From: a virus | DNA length: 62,677 bases | IMG/VR virus record: IMGVR_UViG_3300021339_000001 | Location: 1 to 62,677 of that record | Reading direction: 5' to 3' (one strand) | Shown: positions 27,516-36,400 of the stretch, one piece after another | Layout: the number at the start of each line of letters is the position of its first letter | How positions within the stretch are numbered: position 1 is the stretch's first letter | Made by a program: the position numbers and the translations under genes | Notes under the pieces: generated by a model | The model's input: the letters and a program-made list of their open reading frames with translations, nothing else | Database searches by the model: none | Told to the model about the DNA's origin: nothing

Positions 27516-27737
27516 CTACAAGCTTCTGATGAGAATGCCCAGTCCGATCACGCCCAGCAGCATCACGACCAAACCTGCCGTGAGTCCGCCCATGTCGAAT
27601 GCGGTCTTGATCGTCTCCGGGTCGAATGGATTGATCGGCGGCCGTTGATCCGCGGGCACACGACTCTCGAGGACGATCATTCCGCCTCCGATCGTCGCGC
27701 TCAAGGTAAGCAGGAAAAATGCGAACTTGATCAGCAT
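27516..27737 (-). CDS. Membrane protein (two TM segments)
   Basis: Hydrophobic profile. Confidence 0.6.
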   Translation of the reverse strand: MLIKFAFFLLTLSATIGGGMIVLESRVPADQRPPINPFDPETIKTAFDMGGLTAGLVVMLLGVIGLGILIRSL

Positions 27738-27762
27738 CGCGGTCCTTTCGTCGGTTGTGACA

Positions 27763-27792
27763 AATCTAGCCGAGGAATTTGTCGATTGTCAA
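27763..27792 (-). promoter_or_regulatory. Early promoter P5 (TTGACA-N18-TAGATT)
   Basis: Plus strand reads aatcta-N18-tgtcaa. Confidence 0.6.
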
Positions 27793-27793
27793 A

Positions 27794-27946
27794 TCAAACT
27801 TGCACTGTGATAAGCTCGTCCAGTGCGTATGATCTGCGCCATCCGCCGGAGTAGATCACGTACCACGACTCGCGACCGTGCGTTTCCTTTTCGGAGTAAC
27901 TGACCGCACGCCAACGACCGTCGAGCCACGCGGTGTGACCGCGCAT
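27794..27946 (-). CDS. Hypothetical protein (50 aa)
   Basis: ORF 27794..28111 trimmed to MRGHTAW. The upstream part overlaps gene 27976..28200. Confidence 0.4.
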   Translation of the reverse strand: MRGHTAWLDGRWRAVSYSEKETHGRESWYVIYSGGWRRSYALDELITVQV

Positions 27947-27975
27947 CACCAGATGCGCGGCCAGCCGTCGCGTGC

Positions 27976-28200
27976 TCACTGGTTTGTCCGTCGGCAGTAG
28001 TGCGCGACGATCGCGGAGATCGCCTGCGTCTGCGTCACACCACGAGCGACGACGTACACACCCGGGTTGGCCGTCGCGTCGTAGTTGCCCTGCCACTGAC
28101 GGTCGTACCACCCGATGGTCTCCTCGTCACGAACGACGAACGTGCGATCGTTGCGGTCGGTGAACGTGTACTTGGGCTGCTCGAGCTTGACGTCGTCCAT
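27976..28200 (-). CDS. Hypothetical protein
   Basis: ORF track; closely follows 28205..28354. Confidence 0.6.
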   Translation of the reverse strand: MDDVKLEQPKYTFTDRNDRTFVVRDEETIGWYDRQWQGNYDATANPGVYVVARGVTQTQAISAIVAHYCRRTNQ

Positions 28201-28204
28201 GATG

Positions 28205-28354
28205 TCAGATCTCGCACTCGTGCTCGGTGTCGCAGTCGATCACGTTCTGCCCGAATTCGCCACCGACGAGCACGTCGACGGCGAGACCGTCGCGGTAGAT
28301 CACGTCACCGCCGCAGTTGCCGCACCGGGTGTGTTCCTGGGTGATGATGTCCAT
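28205..28354 (-). CDS. Zn-ribbon-like small protein (49 aa)
   Basis: Hand translation MDIITQEHTRCGNCGGDVIYRDG...CDTEHECEI; ggagg RBS. Confidence 0.5.
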   Translation of the reverse strand: MDIITQEHTRCGNCGGDVIYRDGLAVDVLVGGEFGQNVIDCDTEHECEI

Positions 28355-28394
28355 GATGTCCTCCGCGTCGCTTCGTCGTCGCCTAACGAGACGA

Positions 28395-28423
28395 ACGTTA
28401 GCCTAGCTGCACGATCGTGTCAA
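28395..28423 (-). promoter_or_regulatory. Early promoter P6 (TTGACA-N17-TAACGT)
   Basis: Identical 33-bp block to P1. Embedded in the 3' end of the methyltransferase gene. Confidence 0.75.
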
Positions 28424-29772
28424 ATCGTCGTCCAGTGGTGCGTGACGTCGACTACGGTCTCGCGCTCAGCGTCTCCGTACTTGCGCGCTAGCAGTCGATC
28501 GGTCAACGCCAGCGACACGCCAACGTCGCCGTCTGGCGTCCCGTTCAGCGCCCGCAACGCCGCACCGGCGATCCAACGTCCAGCCTGGACGGGTACGCCC
28601 TTGCCCCAGCCTGGTCCGAGATCAGGCGCACTACGAACAGGCCAGATCTTCCACGCATCGGGAAAGCCTTGGATCCTGGCAACCTCACGATGTGTCAACG
28701 TTCGCGGCAACGTCGGGTGAACGATCAAGTGCACACCACCGCCGGTGACCACACGCGCTGGACGATCCCAGTGCCAACGGATCGGCTGATTGCCGGGTCG
28801 TCCCATCCAGAAGTCATTCTCAATGAGGCGCTTCCACTTCGGAATGCGCTCCACCGTTCCGTCGTCGCGTATCACCTTGGTGTCGTAGTCCCAACCGCGG
28901 GGAAACGTACCGGTTCGTGCGTACAGATCGCGCATAACCGAGTTGATCGTCTCACCTTCTGCCCACGGCGCGACGTTGAACACGTCACGAATACGTTCGA
29001 GCGTCGGCGAGTAGTAGATGTCGTGTCCGTCGACCGAACCAGTACCATCATGCGCTTCGCGTCGTGCCCATCGCGAGCTGTTGACGACCTCCACATGAGT
29101 GCAGTCGCAGGCCCGTGGCGGGCTGATCCGCGTTGAGCAAGCACATCGTGTTCCGACGTAGGGTTGCTCCACCATCGTCATACTGGCCGGTAACAGATCC
29201 CGCAGTGCATCCCCAAGAACTGGGATGTAATCCAGTGTCGGCGGGCTGGCCCCAAACGGAATACGTGATGCTACGAAAAAGTAACGTTTCCGCATCGAAC
29301 AGCCGCCGACCGACAGGTTGTTGTGCAACACGTGATAGAGGTGGTAGTCCAGTCCAGTTTCTTTTTCGAGATGACTACGGAGCGCGCGCATCAACGGAAG
29401 ACCTTGCCGGAACGCCTGTTGCACCGACTCAAAGATCACGATCTCAGGTGACACCAGGCTGGCGTATCTGATCACCTCCCACATACACTCGTTGATCGCG
29501 GCGTCCTGACCGCGAAAGTGCTTGGGAGACAGTGTGCTGAAACCGGAGCAGGGCGGGTTGCCGAACACGAGTTGCACATCGTCGATCGCGTGCCACTGCG
29601 TCGGATCGACCGCGATGCTATCCCAATCATCGCCTAGGAGTCGACGATTGGCCAGGCAGTTGTACACGCCGAATCCGAGTGAACGTGAGAACTTGGCGAC
29701 GAGCTCGAACCCAGCTTGCACCGCACCGAGAGTGAACCCGCCGCCGAAGCCGTGAACGTCAACTGCTCTCAT
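28420..29772 (-). CDS. DNA (cytosine-5)-methyltransferase
   Basis: Motif I FGGGFTLG, motif IV GNPPCSGFS, FESVQ (ENV-like) and the late QGFP motif. Confidence 0.85.
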   Translation of the reverse strand: MRAVDVHGFGGGFTLGAVQAGFELVAKFSRSLGFGVYNCLANRRLLGDDWDSIAVDPTQWHAIDDVQLVFGNPPCSGFSTLSPKHFRGQDAAINECMWEVIRYASLVSPEIVIFESVQQAFRQGLPLMRALRSHLEKETGLDYHLYHVLHNNLSVGGCSMRKRYFFVASRIPFGASPPTLDYIPVLGDALRDLLPASMTMVEQPYVGTRCACSTRISPPRACDCTHVEVVNSSRWARREAHDGTGSVDGHDIYYSPTLERIRDVFNVAPWAEGETINSVMRDLYARTGTFPRGWDYDTKVIRDDGTVERIPKWKRLIENDFWMGRPGNQPIRWHWDRPARVVTGGGVHLIVHPTLPRTLTHREVARIQGFPDAWKIWPVRSAPDLGPGWGKGVPVQAGRWIAGAALRALNGTPDGDVGVSLALTDRLLARKYGDAERETVVDVTHHWTTI

Positions 29773-30199
29773 CGTACTCGTCTCGAACGTTTCGCCAACC
29801 CCACGCGCGTAGGATGGCGGCGATCGCGGGAGGACGCCAGCCGGTCGGTTTCACGACGTCATGCGGTGAACTGCGCTTGGAGTCCGATCCGTCGCTGGAT
29901 GCACGCTGCTTGGTCATGTTGGCACGGTGGACCTCATCCCAGAGATGTTGCCAAGGCAATCCCATCAGGTGCGCCGTACCCATCGCGACGTACACGATGT
30001 CGATCAACGCGTCGGCCATCTTGACGGGATCGTTCTCGTCGCAACCTTCGATGAATTCCTTGAGTTCTTCCCTAAGAAACTCAATTCGAAACTCGACTAC
30101 GTCGTCGGACAATTCACGTGATCGTGGTCCGGGATACGATGATTCGGGTAAACCAAACTTAGTGTGGAATCGACCAACGTCGTCGAAGTTACTTGACAT
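29759..30199 (-). CDS. MazG-like (all-alpha) nucleoside triphosphate pyrophosphohydrolase
   Basis: EFRIEFLREELKEFIEG plus DALIDIVYVAMG acidic-helix motifs. Confidence 0.7.
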   Translation of the reverse strand: MSSNFDDVGRFHTKFGLPESSYPGPRSRELSDDVVEFRIEFLREELKEFIEGCDENDPVKMADALIDIVYVAMGTAHLMGLPWQHLWDEVHRANMTKQRASSDGSDSKRSSPHDVVKPTGWRPPAIAAILRAWGWRNVRDEYDESS

Positions 30200-31190
30200 T
30201 TTGAGTCACCTGATCATAGACCCACGCATACGTCTTGGCGAGACCATCCGTCAAGTTGGTATTGACCGGTTCGTAACCGTACGTCTCGGCGAACAACGTG
30301 TTGTCACTGGATCGACCGCGCACGCCTTCAGGACCGTGAACATGTTTGATCGTGAGGTGCCTCATGTCGGCAATGTCCATGATCAACGCTGCGAGCTGAT
30401 TCACCGTGATCAACTCCGACGATCCGATGTTGACCGGTCCGGGATAGTACGCACTGGTCATGACGCTGAGCGTCGCGTCGACGCAGTCATCCACGTACAA
30501 GAACGTTCGCGTCTGCTCGCCATCGCCCCAGATGTCGATCTCGGTATGACCGTGAATTTTTGCCTCGGCCACCTTTCTGCACAAGGCAGCAGGTGCCTTC
30601 TCGCGACCGCCTTGCCATGATCCGAAGGGCCCGTAGACGTTGTGGTAACGCGCGGCGCGAGCGTCGAGCGCACCTTTTTGTCGATAGGCCTCACAAAGAC
30701 GCTCGGTGTACAACTTCTCCCACCCATATCCATCCTCAGGATCGGCCGGATACGCCTCGTCTTCACGGAGCGCTGGCCCGTTTTCTGAGATCTGACGGTA
30801 AGACGGATATACGCACGCGCTGGATGAGAAGAAGAATCGCTCGACGTCGGCGAACTTTGCTGCCTCTAATGCGGTAACACTGAGTCGAACGTTTCGTAGG
30901 CAATCCAGGTCGTGGTCGGCGATAAACCCCATACCACCCATATCTGCGGCGAGGTCGAACACCATGTCCGTACCGTGCATCATGGACGCCAGGGTTCGTG
31001 ATGCGAACGCCGCACTGATGTCATACAGTGGCACGTTATGCGCGCTTGGTACCGTGTACCACCAGTCGGATTGACTCTTGACGTCGATCGCGATGACCTC
31101 ATCAAAGATACGAGCGAGTCGTTTTGTCAGGTGTCCGCCAATGAATCCGCCCGCACCGAGTACCATAGCTTTTGAGAAAACCTTGATCAC
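30189..31190 (-). CDS. NAD-dependent sugar-nucleotide epimerase, GDP-mannose 3,5-epimerase-like
   Basis: GAGGFIGGHL Rossmann motif. LAADMGGMGFI, SSACVYP, YGWEKL (YxxxK), GREKAPAALCRK and GPEGVRGRSSDN closely match the plant GME signature blocks as recalled from memory. Confidence 0.75.
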   Translation of the reverse strand: MIKVFSKAMVLGAGGFIGGHLTKRLARIFDEVIAIDVKSQSDWWYTVPSAHNVPLYDISAAFASRTLASMMHGTDMVFDLAADMGGMGFIADHDLDCLRNVRLSVTALEAAKFADVERFFFSSSACVYPSYRQISENGPALREDEAYPADPEDGYGWEKLYTERLCEAYRQKGALDARAARYHNVYGPFGSWQGGREKAPAALCRKVAEAKIHGHTEIDIWGDGEQTRTFLYVDDCVDATLSVMTSAYYPGPVNIGSSELITVNQLAALIMDIADMRHLTIKHVHGPEGVRGRSSDNTLFAETYGYEPVNTNLTDGLAKTYAWVYDQVTQNVK

Positions 31191-32215
31191 GTGATCATCA
31201 CCTCAAACCACCTCGGGAAGAATGCCGCCGTTACCTCAGGAATGAAATTGACGTGATCGAACAGTGCGCGAATTGTCTCGTAGTACAGGGAGTCGACGTC
31301 GCGTCGATCACTATGCTCGATATCGCGGAGGGCGCTCAAGAACCGACCGGTATGACGGTAGCCGTGCAGCTCGGCTTCGACGTCGTTCCAAGGATCGTGG
31401 TCGTTACGCTTTTGGTGCACCATGGCACCACCAAATTGGACGTACTGGTTCTCCATCTGAGCCAACACATGTTCGGCGACGTAGCCCGCCCAGATGTCGT
31501 CGTACCGTCCAATACCAGGCCAGACTCCCATCAGGATCGCGAGGTCGCCGCGATAGGCCGTCGACTGGCTGTTCAGTGGCGCGAAGATGTGCGGATCGAT
31601 GATCGCCTGACGCGCGTTGCAGACGTGTCGATCACCGCCGGTAACACGGGTGATCGCGTCGACATCGGGATCACCTGTCCACAGGGCTGCGACGACGGCG
31701 ATATCCGACGGCGTCGGAACGTCGAAATCGCGTGTTCCAAACGTGGAGTCGTACTGATCGTATGGCAATCCACGGGCACGTACCGCGGGAGCGCAGAGCA
31801 TGCCGGGGTTGAACAGTCCGCCTCCTCCGCCGATGGGATAGGTCACAGGAAATTGGTGCGGGCCCGACATCGCGTTCTTCACGTGTGTGAAGAAGTCAGC
31901 AGCGGGGACGTTGTCGTCGTCCACGGTGACAATGATACCGGGCCGTAACTCGTGGGCCGCTGCGATCGCGAGATTTCGACGTTGGATCGAGCGCCAACCG
32001 ATCGCCTCGCTGAGCTTGGGCCATCGGTCGTGTTGTTCCTCGGCGGTCAGAAAATCACCACCGAGAGCTTCGACGTACTCCTTAAGCTCGGGATTGGATT
32101 CCTGATCGGCGGCGACGATCAGGTGACCGTGTTGTGCCCACTCCGCGTACGCGGTTGGACGCTTGTTGATGGACGTACTGACGATTATCACATCTGGCCG
32201 TACGTTCTCATCCAC
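31187..32215 (-). CDS. RGP / GT75-like protein (UDP-arabinopyranose-mutase / reversibly glycosylated polypeptide family)
   Basis: DVIIVST...HLIVAADQESNP, IIVTVDDDNVP (DxD) and IGRYDDIWAGYV, compared with plant RGP DIVIPT, YHLIIVQDGDP, TIDDDCF and IGRYDDMWAGW. Confidence 0.65.
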   Translation of the reverse strand: MDENVRPDVIIVSTSINKRPTAYAEWAQHGHLIVAADQESNPELKEYVEALGGDFLTAEEQHDRWPKLSEAIGWRSIQRRNLAIAAAHELRPGIIVTVDDDNVPAADFFTHVKNAMSGPHQFPVTYPIGGGGGLFNPGMLCAPAVRARGLPYDQYDSTFGTRDFDVPTPSDIAVVAALWTGDPDVDAITRVTGGDRHVCNARQAIIDPHIFAPLNSQSTAYRGDLAILMGVWPGIGRYDDIWAGYVAEHVLAQMENQYVQFGGAMVHQKRNDHDPWNDVEAELHGYRHTGRFLSALRDIEHSDRRDVDSLYYETIRALFDHVNFIPEVTAAFFPRWFEVMIT

Positions 32216-33527
32216 TGCGGCCGATCCTTTCGTCGATCATGCGCAGGTGGCGCGCCTCAGCGACGGCCATGTCGTAGTGTGCGCGTTGCGCGCGAACGAG
32301 CCAGAGCCACGTGTCACGGTTCTGACTCAGGTAGTCGACGCGTGACCTGAGATCATCCGGCGACGTGACCCGCAGCCAGTCGCGTAGCTCGCTTGGCGCG
32401 TCGCCAAGAATGTGGTTCTGCGTGTCGTACAGCGGGTGAAAGAAGCAAACGGTTCCGACCGCAAACGCCTGCCAAGGCTTGGTGGTTGCCCATCCTGAGC
32501 CACTGCTCGGCGTGGTGAGCGTCGTCTTGACTGATCTGAGCTTGTCGTAGTACTCGTTCCACGGCGCCGACGTGATCGTCCGACCGATCGCGAGCTGCGA
32601 GCTGTCCGACCATCGACCGTGAATGAATGCGGGATCAAGTGGTAGGACGTATTCGGTCAGTGCTTGAAGACGCGAGACCGACGTCTTCTTGATGATGGTC
32701 CCAGCTTCGTTGATGAAGAGACCAAACGCGTCACGATCTTCCCAGTTCTCGAAGAACCACGGGTGAATGTGTTGAGGCATGATTCCACAGATCTCGAGAC
32801 GCGAGTACACGTACTTCTGTTCGTAGTACCACGTCTCAGTGTTCCACGTCGCAACGTCGCCGAAACCTCGATCTGCGGGATCACTGGGGTCCCCGTAACG
32901 CTCGCAGCGTTGACGTTTGGTCAAGTCGTACTGACCAAGGATCGGGTGACGTAACGGCCACTTCAGATCCCGTGTCTTGATCGTGTTGCGTGGATCTGTG
33001 ATCAACCAGATCTCTTCCCGGTTGATCGGGTCGGTCATCCTGAACCGATTGATACCTCGGATCACGTGCGCACCATACTTGACGCAGTTCACATACGGCT
33101 TGCTGTACGCGTCACGAGCGCGAACCTGCGGAATCGGATAGTGGCTCGTGCAGTGTTGACCGATCCACACGATCATGGCGTCCAGATCGGTGTAATGTGG
33201 CATCACGTGTTCGTCGAAGATCTCGACTGTTCGCACGAGCGCCTCATGCGTATAAGTCTCAGGACGAGCGCTGTAGAACTCCTTCTTGTACTTTGTCAGA
33301 GTAGGTGCGATCTGCGTCCACGGATTCTCGACGTTTGGTGGCAACCCCACCTCGCTGGGAACCTCGCCCTTGCTTGATCCGACGAGTACGAACGTGTCGT
33401 CAGGTCGACGTGTCGCGAGGTCGATAAGTGTGTTGGTCGGTTCGTCGTCGCCACCTGTCATAGCCCAGGTGCCATCGGTGAACCGGAACGCGCGACCAAG
33501 TCGCGCGTACCCGATCCTCTTTCCCAT
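32208..33527 (-). CDS. GT-B glycosyltransferase resembling phage T4 DNA beta-glucosyltransferase
   Basis: Remote, by-eye colinear matches to T4 BGT. KRIGYARLG matches KIAIINMG, and EIWLITDPRNT matches IYYLFTDIRLP. ATTKPWQAFAVGTVCFF matches ITLRVWETMASDAVMLI, and the C-terminal helix also aligns. Confidence 0.5.
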   Translation of the reverse strand: MGKRIGYARLGRAFRFTDGTWAMTGGDDEPTNTLIDLATRRPDDTFVLVGSSKGEVPSEVGLPPNVENPWTQIAPTLTKYKKEFYSARPETYTHEALVRTVEIFDEHVMPHYTDLDAMIVWIGQHCTSHYPIPQVRARDAYSKPYVNCVKYGAHVIRGINRFRMTDPINREEIWLITDPRNTIKTRDLKWPLRHPILGQYDLTKRQRCERYGDPSDPADRGFGDVATWNTETWYYEQKYVYSRLEICGIMPQHIHPWFFENWEDRDAFGLFINEAGTIIKKTSVSRLQALTEYVLPLDPAFIHGRWSDSSQLAIGRTITSAPWNEYYDKLRSVKTTLTTPSSGSGWATTKPWQAFAVGTVCFFHPLYDTQNHILGDAPSELRDWLRVTSPDDLRSRVDYLSQNRDTWLWLVRAQRAHYDMAVAEARHLRMIDERIGRSG

Positions 33528-33539
33528 GTGTTTCCTGAC

Positions 33540-34472
33540 TCAGAATGGAACAGGCGGTGGCGGCGGGATGTTCGCCAGCGGTGGCGTTGCTGGTGCGGCA
33601 GGCTGCTCAGGTGCCGCGTAGACCGGCGCAGCGGCGGGAGCCTGAGCGGGAGCTGGAGCCTCAGGCTGCGGAGTTGGCTGGACGTACGCGGGTTGCGCCG
33701 GTGCGGGCGGAGGCGGTGGAACTGGCGGCGCAGCGGGTGGTGCTGGCGGCTGCGGCTGCGGCGCCGGTGCTGGCTGTTGCGGCGCTGGTGCGGGCGGCGG
33801 AGGCGGTGGCGTTGGCATGGCCGCCGGTGTCGGCACGTTGTACTGCGGCGCCGGTGCTGGCTGTTGCGGCGCTGGTGCGGGCGGCGGAGGCGGTGGCGTT
33901 GGCATGGCCGCCGGTGTCGGCACGTTGTACTGCGCCTGAACGTGGGCAGCCGCAGCGTCGCCAACCTGCGCGACCGGTGGCGCTGGCGGCGCTGGTGGCG
34001 GAGGCGGTGCGACGGGCGGCGGACCCGTCGGCGGCGCGATCGGAGGCGGTGACATTCCTGGTACGCCTGGGACGGTGTTCGACTGAATTGCGGTCACATT
34101 CTCGCGATTCTCACCGGCCCACACACGGTGATCCACCGTCACACTGACGCGACGACCGAACATGAGTCCCGCGACCGACGCAGGATCCGGGCCAGCTTTG
34201 AAGTACTCCTCGGTGAAACCGAGTGCCTTCATGTTCTTGAAGAACATGCGCAGCGCGTTTGGGTTTTCCGCGCTGATCACGAACTGAGTGTAAACGTGTC
34301 GGCCCATGTGCGGACCCTCGTCCACAGACAGCTTGATCTTGTACATGGGCTTACCCGTACCCGACGTCGTGTACTCGGCCGATGCGACCGTCATGTTGTA
34401 CACGCCCTTGGGGATCGGCGTGAGAGTGCCGCCTGCGGCGTTCAGCAGATCGGCGAAACTGAAGTTGGTCAC
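33540..34472 (-). CDS. DUF669-like phage ssDNA-binding protein with long Pro/Ala-rich tail ending VPF
   Basis: ORF trimmed to GTG34472 (GTGA overlap with the Sak4-like gene). N-terminal TNFSFADLLN...GVYNMTVASAEYTTSGTGKPMYKIKLSV. Confidence 0.65.
   Translation of the reverse strand: MTNFSFADLLNAAGGTLTPIPKGVYNMTVASAEYTTSGTGKPMYKIKLSVDEGPHMGRHVYTQFVISAENPNALRMFFKNMKALGFTEEYFKAGPDPASVAGLMFGRRVSVTVDHRVWAGENRENVTAIQSNTVPGVPGMSPPPIAPPTGPPPVAPPPPPAPPAPPVAQVGDAAAAHVQAQYNVPTPAAMPTPPPPPPAPAPQQPAPAPQYNVPTPAAMPTPPPPPPAPAPQQPAPAPQPQPPAPPAAPPVPPPPPAPAQPAYVQPTPQPEAPAPAQAPAAAPVYAAPEQPAAPATPPLANIPPPPPVPF
33760..33933. repeat. Perfect 87-bp tandem duplication (2 copies) inside the Pro-rich tail
   Basis: 33760..33846 equals 33847..33933. 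It encodes 29 aa twice (YNVPTPAAMPTPPPPPPAPAPQQPAPAPQ). Confidence 0.9.
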
Positions 34473-35233
34473 GCGATTCCTTCCGTTGGTGGTGCGGGAA
34501 GAGGACCGAACACGTCGTCGAGCATCTGTGTCACGGTCGGATGATAGATCATGGCAGGCAGCCGACCTTGAACTCGTTCTCCTGCCTCGTATTGCTGACT
34601 CGGAACGACTGCCATCTGTCGGACCGCATAGTGCGGTTGTGTTGGATCTTCCTGCGCGTAACTCACGACGTGAAGATAACCGATCACGTCCATAAAGTAA
34701 GGCATCTTCACCGAGAGTTGACCTTGAACGTAGGGTCGCCACTTACCGTCGCGCATCTGCGTCATGGCGGTGATCACCACCGCTTCGAGTGGTTTCGTCG
34801 GGTGTTCGGTCAGGTCACGGAACCGACGGCAGGTGCGCTCCATGTGTGTGAGAAGATCACCCCACAATCGTTGATCCATTCGACCGTCTGCGCTGAGATC
34901 ATCCTTGCATCGAGTCTGCACCTCGGTGATCGAGTCGATCGACACCGAACGGAACGGATGATAGCCCGAATCGAGCCACTCCATAACACGTGTCAACGTG
35001 CTGTACTCGCGGATCAAGACCACGCACGTTTCCCACGTGCCGTTATACTCCGGCGGCGAGTCGCGCATCGGATCCCAGAACACCTTGGTGCCAGGTAAGA
35101 ATCGATACGCCATCTCGGCGTCGATCAACAGACGTGGCGCAGGAGTCGAGTTCGCGAACGTCGACTTTCCTGCCTTGGAGTCGGCGTGAACGAGCACCGA
35201 GATAGCACGGCCACGAATGACCGGATGTGTCAC
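34469..35233 (-). CDS. RecA-like AAA ATPase (Sak4-type recombination protein)
   Basis: Walker A HADSKAGKST. Size and pairing with a DUF669 gene fit. Confidence 0.7.
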   Translation of the reverse strand: MTHPVIRGRAISVLVHADSKAGKSTFANSTPAPRLLIDAEMAYRFLPGTKVFWDPMRDSPPEYNGTWETCVVLIREYSTLTRVMEWLDSGYHPFRSVSIDSITEVQTRCKDDLSADGRMDQRLWGDLLTHMERTCRRFRDLTEHPTKPLEAVVITAMTQMRDGKWRPYVQGQLSVKMPYFMDVIGYLHVVSYAQEDPTQPHYAVRQMAVVPSQQYEAGERVQGRLPAMIYHPTVTQMLDDVFGPLPAPPTEGIA

Positions 35234-35427
35234 GTCTTATTCGCCTCCACCTCAGCGTCGTACAGGTCGCAGCACTCGTCGCACGCGACACCATCTTCGA
35301 CGTACCCGGCTTCGTCGCCGTCGAGAACGGAATCGCCGCAGACGGTACACGTGCCGTTGAACGCCGCCACAAACCGATTTGACAACGTCTGGTGTGTCGG
35401 AGTCGTCTCATCGACCGGCTCGGCCAT
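35230..35427 (-). CDS. Zn-ribbon-like hypothetical protein
   Basis: ORF trimmed to ATG35427 (gggag RBS). CTVCGD...CDEC pattern. Confidence 0.5.
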   Translation of the reverse strand: MAEPVDETTPTHQTLSNRFVAAFNGTCTVCGDSVLDGDEAGYVEDGVACDECCDLYDAEVEANKT

Positions 35428-35428
35428 C

Positions 35429-36400
35429 TTAGCTCCCAACGTAGTTTCTGTTCACGGTATCATCGTCTTGATACCGAGCCTGCGGATCAACGTGCACATA
35501 GTATTCGTTAAGCAGCCCCTGCGAGTTCGATCCATCATCCATCATAGGACAGACCGGCAGGAAGTCGCATGACCACGTGCAATCACGCGATGGTCGAGGA
35601 GGACAGACGTAGTGGTGATCACCACCTGCGTCGAGTTCGTTACGCGTCTGAACGATCTCGGCGATCACACGATGAACGCGTTGCCACATCGATCGCAACT
35701 CGTGTGAATTGTGTCCGACCTCAAGTTGCATGTAGAACGGCGGGTTGGCCTTCGCCGTTCGACGAACCTTACGGAGCATAGTGTAGAGACCACCAGTCGT
35801 GCGCCACGCGGGTCCTCCGCCGGTCTGACCTAACGAGTCCAAGTACTCGAGCAGGTGATAGAACTTCATCTGTTCGTCGAGTGGCAGCATGGTCGGCGGC
35901 GTGGACAGATCGCCGACGGTCTTGAAGTCACGGAAGAGACGCGCGCCGTCGCGTTCACGTTCCCAGCGTTGATCCAGTCGACCTCTGAGTGTCACGTTGG
36001 GTACACCGGACGGTACCTCCAACGTCGTTTCAGCGGCGACCAGATGCAGCCCTTCGTCGATGCCTTCGTCGGATCGCCACGCCATGTAACCTTCGAGCAT
36101 GGCGGACGCCAGTTCTGACTCAGCTCGAATCTTCCGAACCAACTCGGCGTCGTGCGTGTGCTCGGTCTCTGTCTCGCGGTACAACTCACGCACCACCGTG
36201 ACGGGATTGGCACCTTCGACGTACAGGGCGTGGAGTGCGACGTGCACACGTGTTCCGAGTTGTCGCGCGCCGATCGGTGATTCCTTTTGACGATTGAGAC
36301 CAAGTTCGCGGTAGTACGCCAGATACCACTTCCGACGACAGGACTTGAACGTCTGAATCTCAGAGTTGGTGACGGTCAGGGGAAGCAGCGTCTTAGTCAT
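35429..36400 (-). CDS. Cas4/RecB-family PD-(D/E)XK exonuclease
   Basis: N-terminal FKSCRRKWYLAYY and a C-terminal Cys cluster CPPRPSRDCTWSCDFLPVC. Confidence 0.7.
   Translation of the reverse strand: MTKTLLPLTVTNSEIQTFKSCRRKWYLAYYRELGLNRQKESPIGARQLGTRVHVALHALYVEGANPVTVVRELYRETETEHTHDAELVRKIRAESELASAMLEGYMAWRSDEGIDEGLHLVAAETTLEVPSGVPNVTLRGRLDQRWERERDGARLFRDFKTVGDLSTPPTMLPLDEQMKFYHLLEYLDSLGQTGGGPAWRTTGGLYTMLRKVRRTAKANPPFYMQLEVGHNSHELRSMWQRVHRVIAEIVQTRNELDAGGDHHYVCPPRPSRDCTWSCDFLPVCPMMDDGSNSQGLLNEYYVHVDPQARYQDDDTVNRNYVGS

Noticed and set aside
29814-30620. 268-aa plus-strand ORF antisense to the MazG-like and epimerase genes.
   Set aside because: The opposite-strand genes carry unmistakable enzyme motifs.
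33458-34147. Arg-rich ORFs (168, 174 and 200 aa) over the Pro-rich repeat region.
   Set aside because: These are alternative frames or strands of CCG/GCC-rich DNA encoding the polyproline tail. Their composition is implausible.
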